Origin: Lama glama
Lineage: Eukaryota
DNA length: 64,000 nt
Assembly (NCBI GenBank): GCA_028534125.1
Contig: CM052840.1
Location: 7,564,001-7,628,000, forward strand
Direction of reading: 5' to 3'
Shown: piece by piece, positions 62,505-64,000 of the stretch
How the letters are laid out: each line of letters starts with the position of its first letter
How positions within the stretch are numbered: position 1 is the stretch's first letter
Translations under genes and position numbers: made by a program
The notes under the pieces: model-generated
Database searches by the model: none
What the model saw: the letters and a program-made list of their open reading frames with translations, nothing else
What the model was told of the DNA's origin: nothing

Positions 62505-62940
62505 TCCAAATGATGGTGATACAAAGATAAAAAAGACATGGCCTTGCCCTCAAGAAACTTAGTCCAATGCTGACTGCTGCAAGTAAACAGCTAAGTAAAT
62601 TGTGTTACGTGTTGTAGGAGCACAGAGAAGAGAGTAATTATCACCACTTGAGGCTATCAAGGGGGTGACACAGACAGATATTTTCTGAGATGGGCTTTGA
62701 AGGATGAATAGGAGTTGGCCAGGCAGACAAGAGGGAAAAAGGATATTCTAGACAGAGAGAAGAGCATGTGTGAGGTTAATTAGACCCAAAAAAAGCACAC
62801 TAAGCTGATGGGTTGGAAAGTGCTTTGGTTGGCTTAGGTGTTGAGTGTATGTGGGATGGATGGCAGGATGGGGTTGGCCAGAGAAGAAACTAGAACAGTG
62901 GGTTAGGTCCAAAGTTTGGCCAACTAAAGGAGTCTAGATG
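62505..62940 (-). mobile_element. L2 fragment
   Basis: gatacaaagataaaaagacatggccttgccctcaagaa...tgagatgggctttgaaggatgaataggagtt. Confidence 0.75.
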
Positions 62941-62945
62941 TCATC

Positions 62946-64000
62946 TTTTCTTTCTTTCTTTTTTTTTCTATTTTTATTACTGAGGTATAAATTTTTTATG
63001 TATTTAAAGTATACAAAGTGATGATTTGATTTACAAAAACATTATGAAAATATTCTCACCACAGAGTTAATTATTCTATCCATCACCTCGCATGTTTACT
63101 TTTTAAAAAAATATTTATTTTATTGTACTATTTAGTTATTTTATTTTGGTGGGGGTTAGGGAGAGGTAATTAGGTTTTATTTATTTTTAGAGGAGGTACT
63201 GGGGATTGAACCCAGGACCTTGTGCATGCTCAGCATGCTCTCTACCACTTCAGCTATGTCCACCTCCTTGCATGTTTACTTTATTTTTGGTGAGAACACT
63301 TAAGTTCTACTTTCTTTGCAAATTTTAATTACACAATATAGTATTATCAATTATAGTTTAATATAGTTATATATTAAATCCTTGGACCTTATTCATCTTA
63401 TAACTGAAAGTTTGTATCCTTTTACCAGCCTCTCCCTATTTCCCTCACCACCTCCTGACCCAGGTCCACTATTCTATTACTCTTTATTTCTAAGAATTTG
63501 ATTTTTTAAAAAGATTTTTTANNNNNNNNNNNNNNNNNNNNNNNNNNNNNNNNNNNNNNNNNNNNNNNNNNNNNNNNNNNNNNNNNNNNNNNNNNNNNNN
63601 NNNNNNNNNNNNNNNNNNNNNNNNNNNNNNNNNNNNNNNNNNNNNNNNNNNNNNNNNNNNNNNNNNNNNNNNNNNNNNNNNNNNNNNNNNNNNTCTGTAC
63701 CTTGGTCATCATGAATAATGCTGCAGTGAACATAGGGTACAGATGCCTCTTGAAGATCCTGTTTTTATTTCCTCTGGATGTATACCCGGAAGTCAGACTG
63801 CTGGATCATATGGTAGTACTATTTTTAATTTTTTTGTGGGACCTCCATACTGTTTTTTATAGTGGCTGTACAAGTTCACATTACCATCAACAGTGTACAA
63901 GAGTTCTCTTTTCTCCATATCCTCACCATCATTTTTTGTCTCGTCTTTTTGATACTAGGCTTCCCAACAGTTGTGAAGTGATATCTCATTGTGGGTTTCA
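62946..64000 (-). mobile_element. L1MA (L1MA9-like) 3' end, running off the window
   Basis: ggtgagaacacttaagttctact...ccttattcatcttataactgaaagtttgtatcctttt; tgaataatgctgcagtgaacat...ggatcatatggtag. Confidence 0.85.
63103..63265 (-). mobile_element. Vic-1-type SINE, copy 5, nested in the L1MA 3'UTR
   Basis: 17-bp TSD cctcgcatgtttacttt (63086-63102) / ccttgcatgtttacttt (63266-63282), differing by one CpG transition. Confidence 0.93.

Noticed and set aside
1-64000. CRISPR array, operon, defence system or other novel multi-gene system
   Set aside because: The DNA is mammalian and repeat-dominated, with no regularly spaced repeat-spacer array and no credible non-transposon ORFs.

Overview
Mammalian, non-bacterial DNA, very probably camelid (camel/alpaca/llama), because it carries five copies of a tRNA-Ala-derived SINE matching the camelid Vic-1 family. 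The window is intronic or intergenic and repeat-rich, with six N gaps. I find no protein-coding gene. The only ORFs with recognisable homology are decayed LINE-1 ORF1/ORF2 fragments and a Tigger1 transposase fragment. Repeats present: a large nested L1 cluster (about 0.7-8.6 kb), L1/HAL1 remnants (55-59 kb, 63-64 kb), three young artiodactyl-type L1 3' ends, many MIR and L2 relics, MaLR/ERVL LTRs (MLT1, MLT2) and DNA transposons (MER63, MER119, Tigger1, MER45, MER81, MER5, MER112). All repeat family names come from recalled consensus sequences, not from a search, and boundaries of old repeats are approximate. I cannot support a novel biological system here. The most notable observations are: a 170-bp orphan polyadenylated retro-insertion with TSDs (57658-57827); a perfect 21-bp-arm AT-rich palindrome in an L1 tail (10758-10803); a 10/10 minus-strand bias among younger L1-mediated insertions, together with weak + strand non-coding exon candidates, suggesting a + strand host transcript; and several repeat-free islands with PBX-HOX/homeobox motifs that look like enhancers.
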